This document shows positions 18,553-28,832 of a DNA stretch of 64,000 nucleotides, one piece after another. The notes below the pieces were generated by a model. It saw only the letters and a list, made by a program, of their open reading frames with translations. It did no database searches and was not told where the DNA came from. Position numbers and translations under genes: made by a program. The DNA comes from Patescibacteria group bacterium (lineage in GTDB: Bacteria > Patescibacteriota > Patescibacteriia > JAHIZJ01): NCBI GenBank assembly GCA_028714495.1, contig JAQTMH010000005.1, forward strand, positions 32,840-96,839, read 5' to 3'. Each line of letters opens with the position of its first letter. Positions within the stretch are counted from its first letter, which is position 1.

Positions 18553-19917
18553 CTATGGGAGATAATCGATTGGGTTTACCGGAATGCCGTTTGCCCTCAC
18601 TTCAAAATGCAGATGCGGGCCAGTTGTTAATCTACCGGCGCCAGGCGTACCTGGCATGCCACCGCTATTTCCTATAACCTGGCCTCTGGTAACAAAAGAC
18701 TCTTCTTCAACGTCTATCGAGCTTAGATGGCCATAAACAGTTGAAATGTCATTAGCGTGGATAATCATAACATAGCTATAGCCTAGACCAGCGTCTTTGG
18801 CCCGGGCCACGTAGCCTGAAGCCGCGGCTTTTACCGGTGTCCCCTGCTTGGCCCGAATATCTATTGCCGGATGTTCAAACAGACGCCGGAAAATATAGGT
18901 CGGATCATGGAAATAGGCCGTAATCCCGCCCAGGGGGCTAACCGGCCAAGAAAGTGTGGCGTTGGTATCGGCGGACAGAAGATCCTCGCCTTCGAGCTTT
19001 TGTCGAATGGTGTCTTCGATCAGTCCAATCTCCGAATTTACGGATACCTGTTCGCTTTTTACGGCTTCCAGCAATTCCTGGTATTGGGCTTCGCTTTCTT
19101 TAGTATCGGTTAAAAGTTGATCTTTGTAAGTTTTTTGGCCTTCTAATTCTTCTTTCTCAGCTTTCAGGCTATTTTTCTTTTCCTCAAGCTCTGTTTCTTT
19201 GGATTCTAAGTCGGTTTGGACGCCCTCCAATTGTTGCTTCAATACTTTGACTTCGTCGAGAGATTTTTTTATATAGCCTTCAGTTTCTTCAAGATAATTC
19301 AGCTGATTAAAAAATTTCGAAAATTTGTTTTCCTTAATTAGAATCTCGAGAAGATTTTTATTCTGGTAAGTATTTAGCTTTCTGATCAATTGAGCCAATC
19401 GTGTTTTTTGATCATTAATCTGATCCTCACGCTCGTCAATCTTGTTTTTTACTTCTCTGATTTGCAAACGAAGAGTGTCAATTTCAGTTTCGGTAATTTG
19501 GACTTCAACTTCTGTTTCCTTGAGCTGATCCTCGAGCGATGATACTTGGCTTGACAGTGTCAGGGCCTCTTGCTGTTTAATCGCCAAGTTTTTCCGATAG
19601 GTTTCATGTTCAGCCTGAAGCGCCTCCAATTGTTTTTTTCTCTCCTCAATCTGCAAATTGAGGTCTAAGACGTCTTTTTCCAATGCTTGTTTATCTGCTT
19701 CGTCATCGGTTGGCGTTGTCTCATTATTTGGTTGGCTCTCCCCGGCTGGCTGATCATTGGTGTTTGCCGGCTGATTAGTTATTGGACCGTTGTTGGTGTT
19801 CTCGTTCGAGTTTGTCGTTTCAGCCTGGGTTAGCTTTGTCCCCAGAACAACTCCGATCGCAATAACAATAAAAATTGCCAGGACGTAGCCTATGGTATTT
19901 TTGTGGGTTTTATTCAT
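18553..19917 (-). CDS. M23 peptidase / murein hydrolase activator with coiled coil
   Basis: Signal anchor, long coiled coil, HPAIDI, YGHL, TGPHLHFEVR; TTGCCA-17-TAGAAT ends 8 nt before ATG 19917. Confidence 0.9.
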   Translation of the reverse strand: MNKTHKNTIGYVLAIFIVIAIGVVLGTKLTQAETTNSNENTNNGPITNQPANTNDQPAGESQPNNETTPTDDEADKQALEKDVLDLNLQIEERKKQLEALQAEHETYRKNLAIKQQEALTLSSQVSSLEDQLKETEVEVQITETEIDTLRLQIREVKNKIDEREDQINDQKTRLAQLIRKLNTYQNKNLLEILIKENKFSKFFNQLNYLEETEGYIKKSLDEVKVLKQQLEGVQTDLESKETELEEKKNSLKAEKEELEGQKTYKDQLLTDTKESEAQYQELLEAVKSEQVSVNSEIGLIEDTIRQKLEGEDLLSADTNATLSWPVSPLGGITAYFHDPTYIFRRLFEHPAIDIRAKQGTPVKAAASGYVARAKDAGLGYSYVMIIHANDISTVYGHLSSIDVEEESFVTRGQVIGNSGGMPGTPGAGRLTTGPHLHFEVRANGIPVNPIDYLP

Positions 19918-19961
19918 AATTAAGAATTCTACCATATTTTAGGCGGTTTGGCAAATTCCAA

Positions 19962-21437
19962 TTAAATATTTTCAAGTTTATTGATGGCGATATCAATTCT
20001 TTTCAATGACTCGGATTTTCCCAAAACTCCCGCGATATCAAAAACGTCGGGTGAAGCCGTAGCGCCAGACAGCGCTACCCGAAACGGCCAAAGCAAATTT
20101 CCAGTTTTTAATTTTTTGTCTTTGATTATTTTCAAAAATTTACCTTTTAACGACTCACTGGTAAATTCAGGCTCCCCTACTCCCAGAGCGACATCGCGAC
20201 AAGTCTTCAAATTTTTAAGCGTCTCTGGCTCTTTTGATTTCTTGGGAATCAGTATTTTTGTATCATAGTCAATGGGTTTTGCGATAAATTGGGTTAGTGA
20301 TACTGAATCAGCCAAGGTAACCATGCGATCTTGGACCAGGGAGACGACTTTTTTTAAATATTCCTTGTCCGTATTTTTCCAGGAAGCTTTTTGAAAATAG
20401 GCCAGACATAAATCAGACAATTTATCCAGGGACAGACTTCTGATGTATTTGCCGTTCAGATAATTCAATTTTTCCACGTTAAAGATCGCTCCTGATTTAT
20501 TCACTTTATCAAGCGAGAATTCGTTGACTAGCTCATTAAGACTAAACACTTCTTGTTCAGTTTTCGGATTCCAGCCGAGCAGCGCGATAAAATTTATCAA
20601 GGCTTCAGCCAGATAGCCTAAATCACGATATTCTAAAGATGAAACGGCTCCGTCGCGCTTACTCAATTTCCCGCCCTGGGGACTCATAATTAACGGCAGA
20701 TGGGCGAACTCCGGCAAATCCCAGCCAAATGACTGATAGAGAAACACATGCTTAGGCGTACTGGGGAGCCACTCCTCTGCTCTGATGACATGGCTTATTT
20801 TCATCAAATGGTCATCTACGACATTGGCCAGCTGGTATGTCGGAAAACCATCGGATTTGATTATTACCGAATCATCGATATAACGGTAAGAAAACTCAAC
20901 CTGGCCCCGGATTAAATCATTTATTATTACAATACCGTCATCTGGCATTTTCAATCTGATAACGTGGGGCTCTTTAGCTGCCAGGCGTTTGGCGATATCG
21001 TCTTCAGACAAATCCCGACAATGCCGATCATAGCGCGGAGCAATTTTTTGCGCGGCTTGCTGTTCTTTCAGTTCGGCTAATCTTTCGGCGGTGCAAAAAC
21101 AATAATAGGCCTTGTCTTTTTTTATCAGCTCATCGGCGTGATTTTGATATATCTTAAGCCTTTCAGATTGAACGTATGGGCCAAAACCACCTGCCTTGTC
21201 CGGTCCCTCGTCGTAATCAAGTCCGGCCCATTTTAAAGCCTCGACAATATTGTCAACGCTACCTTTGACATACCGGTTTTGGTCAGTGTCCTCGATTCTT
21301 AAAATAAAATCCCCGTCATTTTTTCTGGCGAATAGCCAATTAAACAGGGCTGTCCTCAAACCGCCGATGTGCAAAAAACCCGTTGGACTCGGGGCAAAGC
21401 GGACTCTGACATTTGTCTTTTTATTCATGGTTTTCAT
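19962..21437 (-). CDS. gltX: Glutamate--tRNA ligase
   Basis: RFAPSPTGFLHIGG, LRIEDTD, KLSKR. Confidence 0.97.
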   Translation of the reverse strand: MKTMNKKTNVRVRFAPSPTGFLHIGGLRTALFNWLFARKNDGDFILRIEDTDQNRYVKGSVDNIVEALKWAGLDYDEGPDKAGGFGPYVQSERLKIYQNHADELIKKDKAYYCFCTAERLAELKEQQAAQKIAPRYDRHCRDLSEDDIAKRLAAKEPHVIRLKMPDDGIVIINDLIRGQVEFSYRYIDDSVIIKSDGFPTYQLANVVDDHLMKISHVIRAEEWLPSTPKHVFLYQSFGWDLPEFAHLPLIMSPQGGKLSKRDGAVSSLEYRDLGYLAEALINFIALLGWNPKTEQEVFSLNELVNEFSLDKVNKSGAIFNVEKLNYLNGKYIRSLSLDKLSDLCLAYFQKASWKNTDKEYLKKVVSLVQDRMVTLADSVSLTQFIAKPIDYDTKILIPKKSKEPETLKNLKTCRDVALGVGEPEFTSESLKGKFLKIIKDKKLKTGNLLWPFRVALSGATASPDVFDIAGVLGKSESLKRIDIAINKLENI

Positions 21438-22182
21438 GATATCGGTTTCTTCTTGAGAATAGTACTTTAAGCGTAAAAATCAAGGTCGCGTTAATAATCC
21501 GGCTGATCCTCCAGGGCTGTCGAATCAAACGGACCAGCCACTCCAAGCCGATAATCCGTAATAACCTGGGCGCTCTTTTTACTTTGCCCGATAAATAGTC
21601 AAAAGCGCCGCCCACGCCCGCCGCTATTTTTATCGTGGTAAATTTCGGCTGATTATAATAGATCCATTTTTCCTGTTTGGGCGCGCCGAAAGCGACCAGG
21701 AGGATGTCTGGTTTTTTACGATTTAGGCGTTTAACTATTTCATCATCAGAGCGTTTTTTGCCAAAAATCGTGTTTTCATTTTCAGCGCCGACAATTTTTA
21801 ATTTTGAATAACGGATTTTAAGTTTTTCCGCGGTCTTGCCGGCTACTCCGTTTCCCCCACCCAGTAGAAAAATGGCCGCTCCCTCGGCTTCGGCTAAACG
21901 GCATAATTCTTCAACCAACGCGACTCCGGTAATTCTGCGCTTAATCGGCGTGCCGAGATACCAGCCAGCGAATTTTAGTCCGATCCCGTCTGGAATTGCC
22001 AGGGCGGCTTTATTGATAATTGTTTTGAATTCCTGGTCGTGAGTCGCCTGAACGCAAAATTCCGGATTGGGAGTCACGATTTGGCGGGGTTCGGGTCCAG
22101 ACAAAAACCGCTCCAGCTTTTCTCTGAGCTGGTCGAGTGTTAAACTTGTTATTTTTACGCCGAGAATATTTACTTCAATCAT
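21421..22182 (-). CDS. WecB/TagA/CpsF glycosyltransferase
   Basis: TPNPE, PDGIG, VAFGAPKQE, GVGGAFD, GLEWLVRL. Confidence 0.93.
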   Translation of the reverse strand: MIEVNILGVKITSLTLDQLREKLERFLSGPEPRQIVTPNPEFCVQATHDQEFKTIINKAALAIPDGIGLKFAGWYLGTPIKRRITGVALVEELCRLAEAEGAAIFLLGGGNGVAGKTAEKLKIRYSKLKIVGAENENTIFGKKRSDDEIVKRLNRKKPDILLVAFGAPKQEKWIYYNQPKFTTIKIAAGVGGAFDYLSGKVKRAPRLLRIIGLEWLVRLIRQPWRISRIINATLIFTLKVLFSRRNRYHENHE

Positions 22183-22720
22183 TTTTTAAATTAACGCTCC
22201 CCAGTATTTTATAGGCGGACCCCGAAGCCGACAAGACGCTTCGCATCAAAGCGACTGATTCAGCCGTAAAACTTGCCGCGATATTTCTCATTTTCGGGAT
22301 GGCTGTATTTCTATCTGTTTTTAGGCGAGCTAGAGTAAGGTGAGGGGAAAAATCACGGTTATCCGATTTCCCTAAATTTTCGTTTTCGCATTGGCGGCTT
22401 ATTTCGTTCCACAGCCGGGACAATCCGGGATTGTCCTTTAATCTGGCAACTATTAAATATGGGCGGTCATCAGGAAACATGGCTATCTCATCAACTTCCA
22501 GAAGCATCTTAGGTTGGCGGGGAACGACCTTTTCCAGAATCTTAATGGCTTTTTCTATTTCAAGGTCATTCAAATCGCCGAGCCAACGCAAAGTCAAATG
22601 CCATTTTTCCCGCGGCTCCCAGGCTAGCCGCTGATAACATTCTGGCCCATCTTTAAGAATCGCGTAAATGGATTTTTTAAACCCCTCATCCGGCAATACC
22701 GCGTAAAACGCTCTGGTCAT
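22175..22720 (-). CDS. thpR: RNA 2',3'-cyclic phosphodiesterase (2H family)
   Basis: Two HLT motifs (WHLTL, PHLTLAR). Confidence 0.9.
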   Translation of the reverse strand: MTRAFYAVLPDEGFKKSIYAILKDGPECYQRLAWEPREKWHLTLRWLGDLNDLEIEKAIKILEKVVPRQPKMLLEVDEIAMFPDDRPYLIVARLKDNPGLSRLWNEISRQCENENLGKSDNRDFSPHLTLARLKTDRNTAIPKMRNIAASFTAESVALMRSVLSASGSAYKILGSVNLKND

Positions 22721-22786
22721 CGTTTGGCCTGAAAATTACATAATCTGCTCTTGAATTATATCACAAAATCGGTTATAATTTAACCA

Positions 22787-23803
22787 ATGCGAGAAGCTAT
22801 TTTATATAAAAAACTTGCTAACGGCGCGGTCAAATGCGAGGTTTGCTGTCATCAGTGCGTAATCGCCGATAAAAAGCGCGGGATTTGTTCGGTCAGAGAA
22901 AATAGGAACGGCGTTCTTTACGCTTTAAACTACGGCCTAGCGATAACCTCAGCTGTCGACCCGATTGAGAAAAAGCCCTTCTTTCACTTTTTCCCTGGTA
23001 CCACGGCTTTTTCTTTTGCCACGCTAGGCTGCAACTTCCGCTGTGATAATTGCCAGAATTGGCAAATCTCCCAGGGCTCAAAGTTGGGAAATAACTCAAT
23101 CGCCGGTGAATTACTATCGCCTGAAATCATCGTCAAACAAGCCCAGGCCAGCAATTGTTCCAGCGTAGCCTACACCTACACCGAACCGACGATTTTCATC
23201 GAGTACGCCCTTGAGACGATGAAACTGGCCAGACGCGCCGGGCTGAAAAACGTCTGGGTGTCAAACGGTTTTTTTTCAGAGGCCTCTTTTATAAAGATAT
23301 TACCCTACCTTGACGCGATCAATATAGATTTGAAATTCTTTGATGACCGGAAATACCAGCAGTACTGCGGCGGCCGACTCCAGCCAATTCTAGACAATAT
23401 TGTCAGATCGAAAAAAGCTGGCGTCTGGACCGAAATAACCACCCTGGCTATTCCGTCTTTGAGCGACGATGATGCGATGTTCCAGAATATAGCCAAGTTT
23501 ATCAAAGAAAAAGTCGGGGCTGATGTCCCTTGGCACATTTCAGTTTTCGCTCCGGAAATTTCATATAAACTTCAAGAATTTAACGTTACTCCGGTTAAAA
23601 CACTTGAACGAGCGGCCAGCCTTGCTCAAAAAGCCGGATTGAAGCATGTTTATGCCGGCAATACGCCAGGTAATAATTTAGAAAATACCTATTGCGCGAA
23701 TTGCCACACCCTCTTGATCAAACGATTGGGCTATCAGATAAAACGTTTTGATAATCACGGCGTATGCTATAATTGTAAAACCCCTATAGATATTATTGAA
23801 TAA
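22787..23803 (+). CDS. amrS: AmmeMemoRadiSam radical SAM enzyme
   Basis: DPIEKKP, CNFRCDNCQNWQISQ (CxxxCxxC), YTYTEP. Confidence 0.93.
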   Translation: MREAILYKKLANGAVKCEVCCHQCVIADKKRGICSVRENRNGVLYALNYGLAITSAVDPIEKKPFFHFFPGTTAFSFATLGCNFRCDNCQNWQISQGSKLGNNSIAGELLSPEIIVKQAQASNCSSVAYTYTEPTIFIEYALETMKLARRAGLKNVWVSNGFFSEASFIKILPYLDAINIDLKFFDDRKYQQYCGGRLQPILDNIVRSKKAGVWTEITTLAIPSLSDDDAMFQNIAKFIKEKVGADVPWHISVFAPEISYKLQEFNVTPVKTLERAASLAQKAGLKHVYAGNTPGNNLENTYCANCHTLLIKRLGYQIKRFDNHGVCYNCKTPIDIIE

Positions 23804-23810
23804 TCGTCTC

Positions 23811-25160
23811 ATGATCAAAAAAGCAACCATAATACTCAGCCTTTTGGCCCTTTTTGTCCCGCAGACAATTTTAGCCGGTAATTTTAATCCAGGTAATATC
23901 ATCTCAACCGAGGAATTGGTAAATAATTCATCGATGTCCCGCGAGCGAATCCAGAAATTTCTCGAAAATCAAATCGGCACGCTGTCCAAATACCAGGCCG
24001 AGGTTTTCGGGGTATTAAAACCCGCCTCTGACATTATCTACGACGCGGCTCAATATTACCAAATCAGCCCGAAATTTCTCATCGTGTTATTGCAAAAAGA
24101 GCAAAGCCTGGTTACTGACTCTGACCCCAGCCAAGGCCAGTACGACTGGGCCACCGGCTATGGCGTTTGCGACAGCTGCAGTAAATCCGATCCAGATATC
24201 CAAAAATTCAAGGGCTTTTTCAATCAACTCAATTGGGCGTCAAAAAGAAACCGACAGTATATCAATGAAGCCGGCCGATGGCAATTCCAAGTTGGCGGGA
24301 CCTACCTGATTGATGGGGTATTAGTGACAATGGAAAATCAAGCGACCGTTAATTTGTATACCTATACGCCCCACATTCACGGCAATGAGCTTTTTCACGA
24401 TCTCTGGCACCGCTGGTTCACTCCTCTGTACCCGGACGGCAGCCTGCTTCAGGTTTCTGGACAGCCCGGAGTCTATTTGATCAAAGATGGTAAAAAAAGG
24501 CCCTTCTGGTCAAAGTCAGCCTTCCTCGCCAGTTACAATCAGAAAAACGTTATCAAGGTTTCTCAAAGCGAACTCGACATTTATGATGACGGCAAACCGA
24601 TAAAATACGCCGAGTACAGCTTGCTTCAGGGCCCGGACGGCAATATTTATCTGATTACTGATAATCAAAAACGTTTGATTGAGTCAGAGGAGGTATTTAG
24701 AAATATCGGCTTTAATCCTGAAGAAGTAGTTGCCGTCGAACAGGCCGACCTGGATAGTTATTCAGACGGCGAGCCGGTGACCCTAAACAGTATTTATCCC
24801 ACCGGTACCTTGCTCCAATCCAAACAGACTGGCGGGGTAACTTTTGTTCAAAACGGCGTTCAGCATCCGATCTGGTCAAAAGAGATTCTGAAATCAAGTT
24901 TTCCGGGCCGGCGTCCCAGCTTGGTCGATGAATCTGAAATGATTAAATATCCCAAAGGCGATCCGGTACTTTTTCGGGATGGTGATCTGGTGACTTCACC
25001 CGGAACAAATTCCGTCTACGTTATCTCCAACGGTCAAAAACGCCCGATTGCTTCAGCCGACGCTTTTAATTCCCTGGGCTATAAATGGGCGAATATCATC
25101 AGAACCAACGATAAATCCATCTCCATCCATCCTGACGGCCCAGCCATAACGATTGAATAA
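23811..25160 (+). CDS. Secreted hypothetical protein with repeated C-terminal modules
   Basis: Signal peptide; FNPGNII, LQKEQSL, LYTYTPH N-terminal domain; four repeats of the G.L...VY.I..G.KR type. Confidence 0.75.
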   Translation: MIKKATIILSLLALFVPQTILAGNFNPGNIISTEELVNNSSMSRERIQKFLENQIGTLSKYQAEVFGVLKPASDIIYDAAQYYQISPKFLIVLLQKEQSLVTDSDPSQGQYDWATGYGVCDSCSKSDPDIQKFKGFFNQLNWASKRNRQYINEAGRWQFQVGGTYLIDGVLVTMENQATVNLYTYTPHIHGNELFHDLWHRWFTPLYPDGSLLQVSGQPGVYLIKDGKKRPFWSKSAFLASYNQKNVIKVSQSELDIYDDGKPIKYAEYSLLQGPDGNIYLITDNQKRLIESEEVFRNIGFNPEEVVAVEQADLDSYSDGEPVTLNSIYPTGTLLQSKQTGGVTFVQNGVQHPIWSKEILKSSFPGRRPSLVDESEMIKYPKGDPVLFRDGDLVTSPGTNSVYVISNGQKRPIASADAFNSLGYKWANIIRTNDKSISIHPDGPAITIE

Positions 25161-25162
25161 CC

Positions 25163-25966
25163 ATGGCTTTAGTTTTCAGCGCCTTGCTCCCCCACCCACC
25201 GATTTTGATTCCGACCATCGGCGGTAATTATCTTAATCAGGTTAAGAAAACTCTTAGCGCCCTGGAAAAAGTATCACTGGCCTTCCAATCTTCAAGTCCG
25301 GAAATCGTTTTTTTGATTTCCCCGCATGGCCAGATTAATCCCGACACTATCCTGATTAACGGGGCAAAGCTTTTTACCGGCACGCTAGAACAATTTGGTG
25401 ATGATACAACTCGACTAGAATTCAAGGGAAGCCCAGAGACATGCCTGAAAATCACTGACTTGGCAGATTCCAAGAATATTTCTCTCCAGACAATCGTGGA
25501 AAGCAATTTGGATCATGGCGCGATTGTCCCGCTTTATTTCTTATCTAGTAATTACAAAGAATTTAATCTGGTTCCAGTCAGCTACTCCTTGGGCGATGTT
25601 AATTCCCATCTTGAATTCGGGCGTTTGATCTACGGCCTGGCTCAAGCCAGTTCAAAAAGAATCGCGCTGATAGCTTCAGGCGATCTGTCTCATCGCCTGA
25701 CGCCTGACGCGCCGGCTGGATATAGTCCAAAAGGTCAGGAATTTGATGCCGAGTTGATAAAATTATTATCTGAAAATCGCCTGACTGAAATACCCACCAT
25801 GGATCCAAACTTTATCGACGCGGCCGGCGAATGCGGCTATCGTTCATTGCTGATTACCCTTGGCGCCCTGGAGCGGCTCAAAATTACGCCTGAGGTCCTC
25901 TCCTATGAAGGTCCATTTGGAGTCGGTTACGCGGTTGTCAACTTTGGTATTAAAGATAACGCATGA
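25163..25966 (+). CDS. amrB: AmmeMemoRadiSam protein B (Memo/LigB-like)
   Basis: PHPP, SPH, LDHG, ASGDLSH, GECG, YEGPFGVGY. Confidence 0.85.
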   Translation: MALVFSALLPHPPILIPTIGGNYLNQVKKTLSALEKVSLAFQSSSPEIVFLISPHGQINPDTILINGAKLFTGTLEQFGDDTTRLEFKGSPETCLKITDLADSKNISLQTIVESNLDHGAIVPLYFLSSNYKEFNLVPVSYSLGDVNSHLEFGRLIYGLAQASSKRIALIASGDLSHRLTPDAPAGYSPKGQEFDAELIKLLSENRLTEIPTMDPNFIDAAGECGYRSLLITLGALERLKITPEVLSYEGPFGVGYAVVNFGIKDNA

Positions 25967-26481
25967 AGGAATACGCGGCCTTAGCTAAACAAGCGATTCA
26001 AGCATATTTGCGAGATAAAAAAGTTATCAAGTCTCCGTCATCTCTGCCCGGTGAACTGCTTAAAACCCGGGCGGCTGTTTTTGTGACCCTCCATTTCAAG
26101 GGTGATTTAAGGGGATGCATCGGCACCCTGGCTCCGGCTCAGGACAATGTTGCCCTGGAAATAATCCATAACGCGATTTCCGCCGCGGTAAATGATTTTC
26201 GCTTTCTGCCTTTAACACTGCCCGAACTCGAACAAACTGAGATATCGGTTTCAATTCTTTCCCAGCCTCAACCAACCACCATTGAAAGGCTTGATCCAAA
26301 AAAGTTTGGCGTGATTGTGAGAAGCAATTCGAAAGTCGGCGTGCTTTTACCTGATATCGAGGGCGTTGAAACCGTCGAGGAACAAATTCAAATAGCTTGT
26401 CAAAAAGCCGGCATAAAATATCCAAAAGAGCCTTTTGAGCTCTCGTGTTTTACCGTCACACTTCATAAAAGCGAACCATGA
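25963..26481 (+). CDS. amrA: AmmeMemoRadiSam protein A (AMMECR1)
   Basis: FVTL..LRGCIGT, D.RF, LLPD, KAGI. Confidence 0.92.
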   Translation: MKEYAALAKQAIQAYLRDKKVIKSPSSLPGELLKTRAAVFVTLHFKGDLRGCIGTLAPAQDNVALEIIHNAISAAVNDFRFLPLTLPELEQTEISVSILSQPQPTTIERLDPKKFGVIVRSNSKVGVLLPDIEGVETVEEQIQIACQKAGIKYPKEPFELSCFTVTLHKSEP

Positions 26482-28364
26482 TTGCTAAAGTCATCCCAAG
26501 CTTGCGCCTGCCTCGCGATCTTTCGGTTTTTGATTATCTAATACCTGAAAATATTAAGACGAATATTAAAATCGGTTCAGTTGTATTAATTCCTTTCCGC
26601 AATAAAAAAGTCTACGGCCTAGTAAAAAAGCTAACCGCCCAATCGTCAGCCGGCAAGCGGGCCTTAAAACCCGTCAGCCGAGTTATTTCAAATATCACTT
26701 ACACTCCCGGTCAGCTAAAATTACTGGAGGATTTCGCGGACAGGTTTTTTGTTTCACCGGCGACGGCGCTGACTTTGTTTCTGAACACTCTGCCCCGGAA
26801 AATTGAGCCAGCTAGCGTAAACACTAAACCAAGATTAAATTTTAAAAAAGATAATGATACTATTATAAAACACGATGAACTATGGCTTTACAACGACTCG
26901 GAGTCTAAAGAATCTCTTCTTAAAAAAACCGTAAAATCATTTTTAGCGTCTGGTAAAACAGTTCTGCTGGTTGCGCCTGAAATCAGGCTGGTTAAAGACT
27001 GGGTGAAATTCTTAGCGGAATTTTCACCTATTCCGATCCACCGACAGCTTCCGCCGAAACTTTTTTGGTCTAACTATCAACTAATCCAAAATCGAACACC
27101 CGTTTTGGTAGTCGGCACCAGAACCTCGCTCTTTCTCCCCTATCAAAACCTGGGCTTAGTCGTTATCGACGAAGAGGACAATCAAAACCATCGCCAGGCC
27201 GAACAAAATCCCCGCTTTCACACTGAGCAGGTATCGGAAATTCTAAGCACCATAACCGGCTGCCGTATTATATTCATCAGCCAGGTTCCCAGGGTGACCA
27301 CCTGGTCAAAGGTAAAAGACGGCCGTTTAGTTCTTAAAGACCTGCGCTTGCCGATTAAGGCTCTCAAACCGATATTGGTTAATTTGACGGATGAACGGAA
27401 GCTGGGCAAATACACGCCCATCAGCGATATGTTTGAAGGTTTCATTAAGACCAGCTTGGCCGACCGCAAACGCCTATTCATCTTGGTCAATCGTTTGGGC
27501 GAATCAACCGGACTCGTCTGCTCTGATTGCGGCTATATTTTTTCCTGTCCCCGCTGTCAGCGTTCCTTAAGCGTCCATCATCAGTCGAAAAAAAGCCATT
27601 CCCTGGTGTGCCATTTGTGCGGCTACCGGATTGACGAACCCCTGGCGTGTCCGAAGTGCCAGGGCCCTCGCTTAAAAAGAAAGGGCTGGGGAATACAAAA
27701 ACTTGAGCAGGAAATCAAAAAGCTGGTTCCTGATTCCACTATTGGCATCATTCGAAACGCTTATTTAGATCATTACCAGGAAAAATTGCCCGACATAGCC
27801 TTAGCCACATCCGGCGCTCTGGTGCCGAACATTCTAAAAAACTTTCAAGCTTTTGGAGCGATCTCGGCTGATAGCCACTTGAGCCGTCCTGACTTTTCTT
27901 CGTCAGAAGAAACTTTTCGGCAACTATACAAAATAATTGATTTTTTCAGCCGATCTGGCGGTTCGGTCCTGGTTCAAACGCACCACCCAGATCACCCGGC
28001 CATAAAATCGGCCCTGAATCTTGAACTGGAGCGATTTTACCAGCGGGAGCTTGAAGAGCGGCGGGACTTTCATTATCCGCCGGCGGAAGTTTTGGTCCGG
28101 CTGTTAATCAAAGATAAAAATCGTGAAAAACTCATAAAAAAGACCGAGGCCTTTTACGAAAGCATCAGTAAATCTTCTCCCCTGCCGACCACGGTTGAAT
28201 TGGTCAATCCCGGTCCCGCCTTTATTGAAAAAATTCGCGGTCAATACCGCTGGCAGATTATCATAAAGTTCCCTGCCGCGAATTGGCCAGAAGTCAAAAG
28301 GGTGATAAAATTAACTGACGACGACTGGCTCGTCGACGTTGAACCATTAAATCTACTAAATTAA
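26478..28364 (+). CDS. priA: Primosomal protein N' (PriA) with degenerate helicase motifs
   Basis: FDYLIP 3'-binding domain, LVAPEI, GTR, IDEED, four CxxC pairs, PDFSSSE; precedes def-fmt. Confidence 0.88.
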   Translation: MIAKVIPSLRLPRDLSVFDYLIPENIKTNIKIGSVVLIPFRNKKVYGLVKKLTAQSSAGKRALKPVSRVISNITYTPGQLKLLEDFADRFFVSPATALTLFLNTLPRKIEPASVNTKPRLNFKKDNDTIIKHDELWLYNDSESKESLLKKTVKSFLASGKTVLLVAPEIRLVKDWVKFLAEFSPIPIHRQLPPKLFWSNYQLIQNRTPVLVVGTRTSLFLPYQNLGLVVIDEEDNQNHRQAEQNPRFHTEQVSEILSTITGCRIIFISQVPRVTTWSKVKDGRLVLKDLRLPIKALKPILVNLTDERKLGKYTPISDMFEGFIKTSLADRKRLFILVNRLGESTGLVCSDCGYIFSCPRCQRSLSVHHQSKKSHSLVCHLCGYRIDEPLACPKCQGPRLKRKGWGIQKLEQEIKKLVPDSTIGIIRNAYLDHYQEKLPDIALATSGALVPNILKNFQAFGAISADSHLSRPDFSSSEETFRQLYKIIDFFSRSGGSVLVQTHHPDHPAIKSALNLELERFYQRELEERRDFHYPPAEVLVRLLIKDKNREKLIKKTEAFYESISKSSPLPTTVELVNPGPAFIEKIRGQYRWQIIIKFPAANWPEVKRVIKLTDDDWLVDVEPLNLLN

Positions 28365-28832
28365 ATGAAGCGAAAAATATTAACCGAAGGCGATCCCAGG
28401 CTTAGAAAAAAATCACTGATTATATCGAATTTCAAAGATTCAACCCTTAAATCTCTGACCCAGGATTTGACCCAAACTATGTACGAAGAGGACGGAGTGG
28501 GTATCGCGGCGCCCCAAGTCGGACAAAATGTGAGGTTAATCGTCGTTTCAACCAAGGACAAACCACTGGTGCTAATTAACCCGGTAATCATAAGTAAATC
28601 CTGGCGCAAGGAGACGCTCGAAGAGGGTTGTTTAAGCGTACCAGGAGTTTATGGCCTGGTTAAGCGTTCCAAGAATATAAAAGCCACCTATCAAGACAAA
28701 AATGGCGTGAATCACGATCTAGATGCTAAGGGCCTGCTCGCCCGCGTAATTCAACATGAAGTGGATCATCTCGACGGGATACTCTTTATTGACCGCGTAA
28801 AAAATTATCGTTCGAAGAGATCAGCAAAATGA
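28365..28832 (+). CDS. def: Peptide deformylase
   Basis: GVGIAAPQVG, EGCLS, HEVDH. Confidence 0.97.
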   Translation: MKRKILTEGDPRLRKKSLIISNFKDSTLKSLTQDLTQTMYEEDGVGIAAPQVGQNVRLIVVSTKDKPLVLINPVIISKSWRKETLEEGCLSVPGVYGLVKRSKNIKATYQDKNGVNHDLDAKGLLARVIQHEVDHLDGILFIDRVKNYRSKRSAK

